Origin: an uncultured Bacilli bacterium
GTDB lineage: Bacteria; Bacillota_I; Bacilli_A; RF39; UBA660
DNA: 64,000 nucleotides
Direction: 5' to 3'
Assembly (NCBI GenBank): GCA_910587065.1
Contig: CAJUMA010000003.1
Coordinates: 92,602 to 156,601 of the forward strand
The position numbers were made by a program, and so were the translations under genes. Shown here piece after piece: positions 55,186-64,000 of the stretch; the stretch's first letter is position 1; each line of letters begins with the position of its first letter. The notes below the pieces were generated by a model that saw nothing but the letters and a program-made list of their open reading frames with translations, was not told the origin of the DNA and ran no database searches.

Positions 55186-58100
55186 ATGAAGAAGTCTAAA
55201 TATGCATTATTATCTATTATATCTTTATTTATTGTAATCTTGGGAGTAGTTGGGATTAGTATTCTATTTTCTATGTCTAAAAACGACACTAAACATTTAG
55301 AAGTACGTAATAATTCTAAATTTGAAGAGGCAACTACAACAGAAGCGCCAAAACTTTGTGAACCAAATACAGGTGTTTATTACACTGTAAATGCAGGTGG
55401 AGCAATCATTTATGATAAGGCAAATGATACTGCAAACAATGTTGGCTCTTATTCAGCGGGAACGAAGGTAACTGTTTTTTGTACTGAAAATGGACGTGGA
55501 AGAGTAAACAAAAACAGTAATGAATATGTTAAATTATCTGACTTAACTGAACTAAGTGTATCGGTAACTCCAACTTTAACTCACCCAAATTATGACTATC
55601 TTTTTAGAAACGAGAACTTTGTTTTAAATTTAATTCTTTCTGCACCAAATATACCAGATGATGGAGCAGCTAGACTAACATTTGATATAAAGAAGAATGG
55701 AGTAGATGTCAGTAGCCAATTTAATATTTCGAGAGGAACTCTTTCTAATGGTTCTCAAACTATAACAATTACTAATTCTACTGCTCAAGAAGGAACATAC
55801 ACTATTACACCTTATGTCGATGGGCATCCTAAAACTACTGAAGATTTTATTGTTGAAAAGAATAAATTGATTTTTGACATAAATGCGCCTTCATCTTCTC
55901 CTACAGAGATTCATGAAAATGAAAGAGGAACATGGACTTCATCACTTTCATCTAATAGAATTCCATCAACTTTAACATTTGATGATTTCAATATTGAAAT
56001 TAAAAAGAATGGCGTTGATTGTAAAAGTAAATTTGAAGTTACAACAAATGGTGCAAACATAACGATAACAAATAAAGAGAGAAAAATAGTCTATAAGGAC
56101 GGTCAATGGAAAGATGACACTAGTGATTATGCATCTGCAGGTACTTATACGATAACAATCACGATTAAGGATATGAATACCTACTCAACTGTCTATGGAT
56201 CTAGTAAAAGTAAGAATTTTGAAATATTACCTAAAAAGACTGAAATAACTGAAGATTCAGCTAACAGAAGTAGGGGACGTTACAACATAAAGATTACAAA
56301 GCCTTCGTATAATTTACAAATAGTTGGAACAATTACTCATAATGGCTTAACAAAATATGTTTTAAATGAAAAGAAAAATGGAGCTGCTGCCACAGAATTT
56401 AGCCTATATGCTTATTCAGAAGCGGAATTACTCGAAATATACCCAAGACTAAGTCTTAAAGATATCTATTTTTTTGATAGGATTACAGTTTCAAAACCAG
56501 GAATAAAAGATAAAGATGGCAATGCTACTAATGTATCAGCTGTTCATCCTGTAGCAATCAACTACCAAGACAGCGTTATTATAGTAAAATATATTAATAC
56601 AGGAACAGCAGAAGAGAAAAAAATAACATTTTATGAAGGTTTTTCTAATACTGAAAAAGTAATGACTGAAGCCAATTTTAAAAATGAATATAAAAGTGCT
56701 TTTAATGCTTTAACAGTCAAAAAACCTGCAGGTAAAAGTTTTGAAAAAGATACGGGAAATATTTTCTTTGCTAGAACAGTTGCCAAAGTAAAAAAAGAAA
56801 TCACCACCGATATGGAACTTGAACCATTGGCTAACACTGGAGGTGAAGTTACTTATAAAATAAATTTTTCCGGATTTTTACAAAATGAATTAAATAATTT
56901 TTATACTTCCTTAACTGATAGTGATGGTAAAATTATGGTTGGAAGAGATTCTAACGGTAACATGGTTCAAAGTGATGGAAATTTTGAACTTATAACTGAC
57001 AGATCTGCAATAGAAAGTGGACAATTTGCTGTGACACTTAAATATATAGGTAAGGACAATAAATATGAGGGTGATTATACTGTAAAATTTTGGATTGGAA
57101 ATACAGTGTATACTACAGAATTCACTTTAGGAAGCGGTCCTGAAGATTACATAATATTTAGTGAATTAGACCGAGATGAACTTTCTGGAAATCCATTAAA
57201 AGGAAATAATCCGCCATCTAATCAAAAGTACGAATATAAAATTGGTATGTATTTAAAAAAATCAAAACAAGATTCTTATGATGTTGACCTTTCAAAAATT
57301 GACTACAAAGTATATGATAAAAGAATAGGAATCTATTCTGGAAATGACTCTAATACAAGGTATTACTTTTATGATGAAGAGGAATACATAACAAAGATAA
57401 ATAAATTATTGAATGGCTATGTTTATTTTGAATTGTGGGATGAAGCAGGAAATGTAATTAAGAAAGAACAGGCTATGTCAGAATCCAACTTTGCAGCTAC
57501 CTATAGCGAAGCCGCTGAATGTCTAAATGACTTGGTTTTTGATAAGACAACGGGGTTGCTTACAGGCGATGCAATTCAAAATAATACTGGAAGTGCCGCA
57601 GTGGGAATGCATCCTGTAAGAATAATAGATAACAATGTATCAGATGAGGATGAAGAAAATAATTCTGGTGATGAAAATAATTCTGGTGATGAAGATGATA
57701 CTGGAACTAAAGAAGATGGGCAAATTGTTTATAAGAATAATAGGAATGTGATAAAAACAGAGTATTTTAGTGAGGCCTTCAAAACTAAGAATGAAAATCA
57801 AAAAGCTTTTTCTCGAAAAGTTCAATCGCGTTTTGTATTCATAGATACGGATCCAGATACTGAAGGTCGTGAATATCAATTAGGGGCATTAAAGGGAATG
57901 CGTCAAATTAATATTGACAATAAAAATGGACAAGGCTACACTTTAGCAGATATTCAAAGCCATGATAAAACTGATAGTTTTTATATAAGAACAGCAGAAA
58001 GATTATATACAGACGATAATTATACAGGTGAATATATACCAACAGAAAAAGATATAGAAAACGAACAAAAAGAGATTGCTAAAAGTACTTTAACTGTTAG

Positions 58101-61100
58101 GCCTCGATCAGAAGTAGTACCAGGGGAATATTATATTTATGTTATACATGGTAAGACATCAGCTATTGGTTATTCTTATACAGAAGTTTTTGGAGCAAAA
58201 GATCCAATAACAAAGAAACCAGTTGAGTACCCAATCGAACTTGCTTTAAATCCAGAAGCGTATAATCGAAATATACATATGACATCATTTCAATATACAT
58301 CTCCAGTTTATAGCATGAGTATTAATCCTCCAGAGGAGTCAAATACCAAAAATGATTTAAAACTTGCTTATGCAAACGTTGATAGTACAATTTCATTTGA
58401 TGTAACTTTGAACTACATTTATGATAAAACTGGACTAACTTACACAATTGAATACTATAATGGAACAACTTGGGAAGATGTAACAAAATCAAATTATTTT
58501 GGTATTAATAATGCCATACTACCAACTGAAGCTCTTGATAATTCGGGAAGTAACTTTGAAACAAAGGGATTAGTTCCATCTAAATTTGATCTTAGAACCG
58601 TTCCTGGAACAACAAAGATTGGTAGATATCGAATAAAATTTGATTACTCAAATAATGGTGTTTCTATGCCTACAACAGAACAAGAGTTCACAATTAAAGC
58701 TAATTACTATGATATTAATATTATTCCAACAGAAGTGCAAAAAGTTACGAGTGAGGGAAGAAAACCATTTGACCTTATTTATACAACCCAACATACAACT
58801 ACTGAAATACCAATTAACTTAAGTTATGTTACTAATCCTGATGCTTTGGAATTTGAATTAAAGTATGTTCCATCTGGAACAGTCAATCCTTGGCAACCAA
58901 GTAATAGCCAATTTAATAGTTATGCTGATGCAAATACTGTTATATTTAAATATACAAAGCAAATAACTCCTGTTTCAGGAAGTAATCATGAATCAGTATA
59001 TTTGTTAAGTTTAATTAATGCAGATGGAGAAACTTTAACAAAACCACCTGAGGGTGAATATGTTTTAAAGGTGCGATACCGAGAGCAGTATGCAGACGGA
59101 GTAGATGACGAAGGAAATCCGTTATATAAATACAATGCTGAAGCTACTACAAGTTATACATTTACAGTTTCTGAACCGGAAAAATATTTTACTGTTGTAG
59201 GGAAGTCCGAAAAAGCTGTTGCTCGTCAAAATGAGATGTACTATACTCAAAGCATTATTTCTAATTATGTTAATGGATTAATACTTAAAGGTAAAACTAT
59301 TTCTTATGCAATTGAAATGCATGAACCTGGTGGAGATTCATATGAAAATGTTTCATCAAATTCTTCTCGTTTAAAACTATTTGATATAAACATGCAATGG
59401 GATGTTGATGATGTAATTGATCGTATAAACTACACAGGAAATTTAAAAGTAAACTTGAATGTTGATAAAATTGATAAAATTTTTGAAGTTAATGATTCAC
59501 CTATAGGTCAATTCCTCTTTATAATAAACATTGATCAAGAACGATTTGAAATAAACATGCCTAATTTACGCAATTTATTTGAGTGGAATATTGAAAATTT
59601 TGATATTAGTGCAACTTTAGATAATAATGGTGAGACTATTAATGTTAAGGAATATTACTCCAATACTAATCCAACGATAACTGTAGATTTAAAAACCATA
59701 CATGAAGAAAATGCTAAATACGCTATTACTAATGTGTGTACGTCAGAAGAAACTTGTTCACCTAGTGAAGATATGATTAACTTTAATGATCGATTTGATT
59801 TAGTTTCAATTGCGGCAGACAAAATTGTTGTAAAACAAAAAACTAATTTAAGTGAAGAGACTAGATTACCAAAAGGAAAATATCAATTTGTTGCTTATTA
59901 TTCTAAAGAGGATTATGATGTTCACGAGTTTATTGTCAGGGATGAATATGCTGAAATAAGCATAGGTAATATAAATATTGAAACTCCTTTAAAGGATGAG
60001 GTTTCAAACCAATTATTTGTTAATAAAAATTCTAAGATAACAATTCCTGTTACTGTTATTGGGGTACCTTATGAAAATGTTACAGTGGATTTTACAAATG
60101 CTGATCAAACAGAAAATTATAATCATTTATTCCCATATGACAGAAATAAATTTTTAACTGATCATGTTATTGAGTTGAATTATGACCACAATAACTCAAT
60201 TCCTGCTCAAGACTATATGGTTATTATTCATAAGGTTGTTAATGAAGAATTGATTGAAGACCATAAAACTTTAAAATTTAATGACTCTTATTTCAATTAC
60301 ATAATATCAAATGTTACTTATAATCCAAATCCCGCCGTACCAAATTATGATAATGGGGGAGAAATTATTTTTGATATAACAACTGATGAATGGATGACAG
60401 GTTCAGCTCTTGACGATAGTGAAGCAAAACAAAACTTTGTAGACAGTTTAAAAATATATCATGCTGATAAAGAAGAAGATTTAAGTAGTAAATTTGAAAT
60501 AACTTATAAAAATACATCTAGTATAACAGATTTTAAAGTTGTTTTAAGATATTCCAAAGAAAAGGAAATATTGCCAGGTGACTATCGTGCTGAATTTAGT
60601 GCTGCTAAAGGTAAATTTATTCTAGCAAAATCGAAAAACTTTATAGTTGGTGATTATGAAAGAAAATTAACTATAACAGGTGTCTCATTAGAATCAGAAA
60701 CTCCAGATGGATTAATTCACAAGAATACTGGAGGATCTTATATAGTAAGCTATACAAGCAACTATGAAATAGATACAAATAACTTATTTATTAAAGTTAC
60801 AAATCAAGAAAAGCAAGATGTTACAAATAAGTTTACGTTTGAAAAGAACGAAGAAGGCAAAGTTAAAGTTAAATTTGACCCAAATATCCATACAATTGAC
60901 TATGGCAAATATATAATTACTTTAACTTATGCTGATCCTGTAACGCATGGCAATAATGTTAATACAACTGAAGTTATTATGTATGGTGATTATAAAAACA
61001 TCATTATTAAAGATATAAGAAGTAATGTAACACCAATACTAGCAGAAAATGAAAATCAATATTATGAATTTACATTAGACATCTCCAATCTGACAGAAGA

Positions 61101-62355
61101 TGAAAAAAATCTTGCCAAAATACGTATTTACGATGCCGAGAATAATATTGTGGCTTCAACTATAAATTCTGATAAGGTAGAAAATGCTTTTGATGTAATA
61201 AAAGTGGGAACTGATAAATACAATATTAATATCTTGCCATATAAGGCTAGAGTTGGCAGCTATTATGCTGAAATAATTATACCTGCTTCTTATGATCCAA
61301 ATAATGAAGGACTTCAAAATATTTCAAACAGACTAGCATTCACTGTCGATGATACACTTTATGAAGTCAATTTAAAAGCATCATCATATCTAACAACAGC
61401 AGAAAAAATTAATGGAACTTTTGATATTTATGATTATATAGGAGTAACTGGTTCTTATGATTTTGCATCAAACTCCCCATATAAGGATGAATATTCTATT
61501 AAGGTTTTTAATAAGCTTAAGTTAGTTAAAGAAATTAGTGTAGAAGCAGGTTTGAAAAACGGTTATGATAACCTTGCGTTTACTGTAGATGAAATCAGTA
61601 ATGGTTATGTTGAAGTAGCGTTATGTATAAAGGGCTTACCGTATGCATCAATTACAAAAAATGTTTTAGAGTATATTAAAATAACTGAATTTGCTGTTAT
61701 TTTAGATAATCGCGATGTTGGTGATGAATTAATCTTAAATCAAGGAGACAAAAAGACTTTTGAACTATTTATAAGACCAGAAAATGCTACTAATAAGAAT
61801 CTTGTATTTGAATCAAGCGATGAAGATGTTGCAACATTTAAAGGTAACACAATAACAGTTATTGATACTGGTTCGGCAGAAATAACTGTAAAAAATAAAG
61901 AAGTAAGTAAAACATTTACTTTAAATATTTCTGAACTTGTTCAATCAGATGTTTATGAAGTAGATCAAGATGAAAGGACTATTTTTGTAAGTTCACTTAA
62001 TAAAAAGATAATGTCAAAAGAAGAATTTATTGGTAATTTATTATATCTAAGAGATGATTATAGAATATTAGATGGTTCTAATCACGATGTTACGGATACA
62101 ACTAATGTTGTTGGAACTGGCTATAAAATAGTCAGTGGAAATATAACTTATACAGCTATCGTAATTGGCGATGTAAATGGAAGCGGAACTATTGACTTAG
62201 GTGATGCAACAAGTACATTTAGATGCTATCGAAATTATACTAAGTTAACAGGAGTCTACTTAAAAGCCGCAACACTTTCAAGAGGAAACAATGTTCAACT
62301 TGGTGATGCAACTAAATTATTTAGATTCTATCGTGGGTACGTAAATGAAATTTAG
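55186..62355 (+). CDS. giant (2389 aa) secreted or surface protein with C-terminal Big_2 (bacterial Ig-like) domain and dockerin-like module
   Basis: N-terminal signal/anchor (LLSIISLFIVILGVVGISILF). Long beta-rich body. Big_2-like segment near residue 2130 (ILDNRDVGDELILNQGDKKTF...TVIDTGSAEITVKNK). C-terminal dockerin-type duplicated Ca-binding loops (GDVNGSGTIDLGDATSTFRCY... / LGDATKLFRFYRGY). Confidence 0.7.
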   Translation: MKKSKYALLSIISLFIVILGVVGISILFSMSKNDTKHLEVRNNSKFEEATTTEAPKLCEPNTGVYYTVNAGGAIIYDKANDTANNVGSYSAGTKVTVFCTENGRGRVNKNSNEYVKLSDLTELSVSVTPTLTHPNYDYLFRNENFVLNLILSAPNIPDDGAARLTFDIKKNGVDVSSQFNISRGTLSNGSQTITITNSTAQEGTYTITPYVDGHPKTTEDFIVEKNKLIFDINAPSSSPTEIHENERGTWTSSLSSNRIPSTLTFDDFNIEIKKNGVDCKSKFEVTTNGANITITNKERKIVYKDGQWKDDTSDYASAGTYTITITIKDMNTYSTVYGSSKSKNFEILPKKTEITEDSANRSRGRYNIKITKPSYNLQIVGTITHNGLTKYVLNEKKNGAAATEFSLYAYSEAELLEIYPRLSLKDIYFFDRITVSKPGIKDKDGNATNVSAVHPVAINYQDSVIIVKYINTGTAEEKKITFYEGFSNTEKVMTEANFKNEYKSAFNALTVKKPAGKSFEKDTGNIFFARTVAKVKKEITTDMELEPLANTGGEVTYKINFSGFLQNELNNFYTSLTDSDGKIMVGRDSNGNMVQSDGNFELITDRSAIESGQFAVTLKYIGKDNKYEGDYTVKFWIGNTVYTTEFTLGSGPEDYIIFSELDRDELSGNPLKGNNPPSNQKYEYKIGMYLKKSKQDSYDVDLSKIDYKVYDKRIGIYSGNDSNTRYYFYDEEEYITKINKLLNGYVYFELWDEAGNVIKKEQAMSESNFAATYSEAAECLNDLVFDKTTGLLTGDAIQNNTGSAAVGMHPVRIIDNNVSDEDEENNSGDENNSGDEDDTGTKEDGQIVYKNNRNVIKTEYFSEAFKTKNENQKAFSRKVQSRFVFIDTDPDTEGREYQLGALKGMRQINIDNKNGQGYTLADIQSHDKTDSFYIRTAERLYTDDNYTGEYIPTEKDIENEQKEIAKSTLTVRPRSEVVPGEYYIYVIHGKTSAIGYSYTEVFGAKDPITKKPVEYPIELALNPEAYNRNIHMTSFQYTSPVYSMSINPPEESNTKNDLKLAYANVDSTISFDVTLNYIYDKTGLTYTIEYYNGTTWEDVTKSNYFGINNAILPTEALDNSGSNFETKGLVPSKFDLRTVPGTTKIGRYRIKFDYSNNGVSMPTTEQEFTIKANYYDINIIPTEVQKVTSEGRKPFDLIYTTQHTTTEIPINLSYVTNPDALEFELKYVPSGTVNPWQPSNSQFNSYADANTVIFKYTKQITPVSGSNHESVYLLSLINADGETLTKPPEGEYVLKVRYREQYADGVDDEGNPLYKYNAEATTSYTFTVSEPEKYFTVVGKSEKAVARQNEMYYTQSIISNYVNGLILKGKTISYAIEMHEPGGDSYENVSSNSSRLKLFDINMQWDVDDVIDRINYTGNLKVNLNVDKIDKIFEVNDSPIGQFLFIINIDQERFEINMPNLRNLFEWNIENFDISATLDNNGETINVKEYYSNTNPTITVDLKTIHEENAKYAITNVCTSEETCSPSEDMINFNDRFDLVSIAADKIVVKQKTNLSEETRLPKGKYQFVAYYSKEDYDVHEFIVRDEYAEISIGNINIETPLKDEVSNQLFVNKNSKITIPVTVIGVPYENVTVDFTNADQTENYNHLFPYDRNKFLTDHVIELNYDHNNSIPAQDYMVIIHKVVNEELIEDHKTLKFNDSYFNYIISNVTYNPNPAVPNYDNGGEIIFDITTDEWMTGSALDDSEAKQNFVDSLKIYHADKEEDLSSKFEITYKNTSSITDFKVVLRYSKEKEILPGDYRAEFSAAKGKFILAKSKNFIVGDYERKLTITGVSLESETPDGLIHKNTGGSYIVSYTSNYEIDTNNLFIKVTNQEKQDVTNKFTFEKNEEGKVKVKFDPNIHTIDYGKYIITLTYADPVTHGNNVNTTEVIMYGDYKNIIIKDIRSNVTPILAENENQYYEFTLDISNLTEDEKNLAKIRIYDAENNIVASTINSDKVENAFDVIKVGTDKYNINILPYKARVGSYYAEIIIPASYDPNNEGLQNISNRLAFTVDDTLYEVNLKASSYLTTAEKINGTFDIYDYIGVTGSYDFASNSPYKDEYSIKVFNKLKLVKEISVEAGLKNGYDNLAFTVDEISNGYVEVALCIKGLPYASITKNVLEYIKITEFAVILDNRDVGDELILNQGDKKTFELFIRPENATNKNLVFESSDEDVATFKGNTITVIDTGSAEITVKNKEVSKTFTLNISELVQSDVYEVDQDERTIFVSSLNKKIMSKEEFIGNLLYLRDDYRILDGSNHDVTDTTNVVGTGYKIVSGNITYTAIVIGDVNGSGTIDLGDATSTFRCYRNYTKLTGVYLKAATLSRGNNVQLGDATKLFRFYRGYVNEI
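57655..57690 (+). repeat. perfect 18-nt tandem duplication (gaaaataattctggtgat x2) encoding ENNSGD x2 in an acidic linker of the giant protein
   Basis: Direct reading of the sequence: 57655-57672 is identical to 57673-57690. Confidence 0.8.
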
Positions 62356-62842
62356 ATATTTTATATTATTAATATTAATACTTATTCCATCATCTGTTTC
62401 AGCTAAAGAAGCAATTGAAATAGAATGTAAAAAGGAAAAAAATATATATGAGTGTAAGGTAAGTGGAAATGTTAGTTATGAAGTTAGCGCTATTGATTTT
62501 CACTTCTCCTTACCAAAATATGCAAATGTGAAAAGTTATAAATTGGATTCGAGATGGGAAGGCTCTGCTGATGATAACTGGGTATCTTTATACTCTGAAA
62601 TTGATTCAAAAGATATTTTTCCTTTACTGACTTTACAAATAGAATCGAAAAAAAGTATAAAAGAATCGGATTTTAAAATAACTGATTTAATTATCTATGA
62701 TAAAGAATTTAAAGAGCATAAAGTTAACGAAAAAAATGTAGACAATAATAAAAAAAAGATACTTATTAGTATAATATGTGTTATCCTTATTATAGGAACA
62801 ATAGCAATAATATGTATAAAAAAGAAAGGGAAATCAAAATGA
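62345..62842 (+). CDS. small membrane-anchored protein with cohesin-like domain
   Basis: Signal peptide. Beta-rich ~120-aa domain (IDFHFSLPKYANVKSY...ITDLIIYDKEFKEH) resembling cohesin. C-terminal TM and KKKGKSK tail. Overlaps the 3' end of the dockerin protein gene. Confidence 0.4.
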   Translation: MKFRYFILLILILIPSSVSAKEAIEIECKKEKNIYECKVSGNVSYEVSAIDFHFSLPKYANVKSYKLDSRWEGSADDNWVSLYSEIDSKDIFPLLTLQIESKKSIKESDFKITDLIIYDKEFKEHKVNEKNVDNNKKKILISIICVILIIGTIAIICIKKKGKSK

Positions 62843-64000
62843 AGAAAATAAACATTATCATTCTTGGAATTTTTCTACTCATTATTTCTCCTAAAAACGT
62901 TGATGCTGCTGCATTAGGCATAACGATAAAATGTTCAAATGTTACAGCAGGACAAAATACGAGTTGTACAATAACAGGAAGTTCAGCAGAAGAAATTACA
63001 GGCTTTGATGCAAACATAGGCGTTAATGGAGCCACTGTTACAAGTATAAAGGCTGGTAATGGATGGGCATCAATGGGAGGATCAAACAACTATGTCGCTT
63101 ATTATGCCGAAGGTGCTGGAAAAGTTGGAACATTTACTATTGCTACAGTAAATTTAAGTACTTCTATGGCTGGAACAGGTACGATTAGTCTCTCTAATAT
63201 CCATTTTAATGATTCTGGTGGAGCAACTTTCTCAGGAAGCAATAAAAATTCTTCATTTTCAATTACACCTGCTGCAACCCAAGCTCCTCCAACAACTACA
63301 GTAAGACCAACCAAACCTCCAACAACTAAACTACCACCAGCTACAACAATAGCTCCAGCAACTGAACCAGTTGCAACAGCTCTTAAACTTGATAGTTTAA
63401 AAGTTGGAGACTTTGAAGTCTTAGAGCAAGAAGGAAAATATTATGTAACTGTTAATTATGATACAGAAAATGTTAATGTTGAAGCTTTTGCAAATCCAAA
63501 TTTAACTATTATTGGTGGAGGAGTAAGAACTTTAGCAGTTGGTAAAAATGTTGTCGAATTAATTTTACGAAATGAAATTAATCAATCATCTACTGTTCAA
63601 GTAATAATAACAAGACCAGAAGATACTAACGATTATAGTACATATCTTACTGAACTAAAGTTAGTAGATTATGACTTTAAATTTAATAAAGATATTTTAG
63701 AATATACAGTTTATATACCGTCCACTGTTAAAGAAGTATACGTTATTGCTAAAAGTGACAATGTTGATGTTTCCATAATGGGAGATGGATTACGTTCACT
63801 TGAAAAAGGTAATAATGAAATATATGTTAAGGTTCAGTATGGAGATAAGGCAGAAACAAATTATGTAATCCATGTTAAAAGAAGTTATTCTTCAATAATA
63901 ATGTGGGGTGTAATAGCGTTATTATCAGGTGGCTTGATAGGTACAATTGTCTACTTTAGTATGAAACTGAAAAAAGCCAACGTAACTGTAAAAGAAGAGA
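62839..64000 (+). CDS. cohesin-domain protein with cadherin-like beta-sandwich domain and C-terminal TM anchor (3' end beyond window)
   Basis: This ORF is missing from the ORF track because it has no stop inside the window. Signal peptide MKKINIIILGIFLLIISPKNVDA. Cohesin-like block ITGFDANIGVNGATVTSIKAGNGW...GTFTIATVNLSTSMAGTGTISLSNI. Pro/Thr linker. Cadherin-like sandwich (LKLDSLKVGDFEV...YTVYIPSTVKEVYVIAKSDNVDVSIMG). TM IIMWGVIALLSGGLIGTIVYF. Confidence 0.6.
   Translation, partial: MKKINIIILGIFLLIISPKNVDAAALGITIKCSNVTAGQNTSCTITGSSAEEITGFDANIGVNGATVTSIKAGNGWASMGGSNNYVAYYAEGAGKVGTFTIATVNLSTSMAGTGTISLSNIHFNDSGGATFSGSNKNSSFSITPAATQAPPTTTVRPTKPPTTKLPPATTIAPATEPVATALKLDSLKVGDFEVLEQEGKYYVTVNYDTENVNVEAFANPNLTIIGGGVRTLAVGKNVVELILRNEINQSSTVQVIITRPEDTNDYSTYLTELKLVDYDFKFNKDILEYTVYIPSTVKEVYVIAKSDNVDVSIMGDGLRSLEKGNNEIYVKVQYGDKAETNYVIHVKRSYSSIIMWGVIALLSGGLIGTIVYFSMKLKKANVTVKEE

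Noticed and set aside
62790-63314. Two minus-strand ORFs (62790-63089 and 63102-63314)
   Set aside because: The + strand here carries an unterminated ORF with clear signal-peptide and cohesin-like features. The minus ORFs have no RBS.
1-64000. Searched for CRISPR arrays, tRNA or rRNA genes, and transposase or integrase genes
   Set aside because: No regularly spaced direct repeats, no tRNA-like T-arm (GGTTCGA) motifs, and no recombinase motifs were seen anywhere in the window.

Overview
This 64-kb window looks like chromosomal DNA from a low-GC, spore-forming Firmicute (Clostridia- or Erysipelotrichia-like). Coding density is high, TTG/GTG starts are frequent, and TGA appears to be used as a stop codon. 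I found no rRNA or tRNA genes, no CRISPR array, and no transposase or integrase.

Conserved housekeeping genes:
- cysS, with its 5' end upstream of the window
- a gerAA-gerAC-gerAB germinant-receptor operon on the minus strand
- the rlmN-stp-prkC-rsgA-rpe cluster
- valS preceded by a T-box leader, and lysS
- spoVD, and separately mraY with spoVE/ftsW
- adenosine deaminase, tag, and an hsp20-clpB pair with an HrcA CIRCE operator

Accessory content worth a second look:
1. A tight four-gene operon: TelA-like coiled-coil protein, unknown, large N-helical AAA_5/MoxR-like ATPase, unknown. It is followed by two DUF1292 paralogs flanking another unknown gene.
2. A TasA/camelysin-like secreted protein, next to a SipW-type signal peptidase fused to a ~260-aa polytopic membrane domain, next to a two-TM membrane protein.
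3. A 2389-aa surface protein with a C-terminal dockerin and Big_2 domain, followed by two membrane-anchored cohesin-domain proteins.
4. A class B sortase with a collagen-like substrate carrying a TPKTG sorting motif.
5. A truncated Rel/SpoT homolog with a degenerate synthetase motif, preceded by a leader-peptide and terminator arrangement.
6. A secreted repeat protein whose promoter carries an 18-A homopolymer.
7. A ~300-nt promoter-to-terminator noncoding unit that is a candidate structured RNA.
8. A gene split by a frameshift at an A6 run.

All calls rest on motif recognition and sequence reading by eye. No database searches were run.
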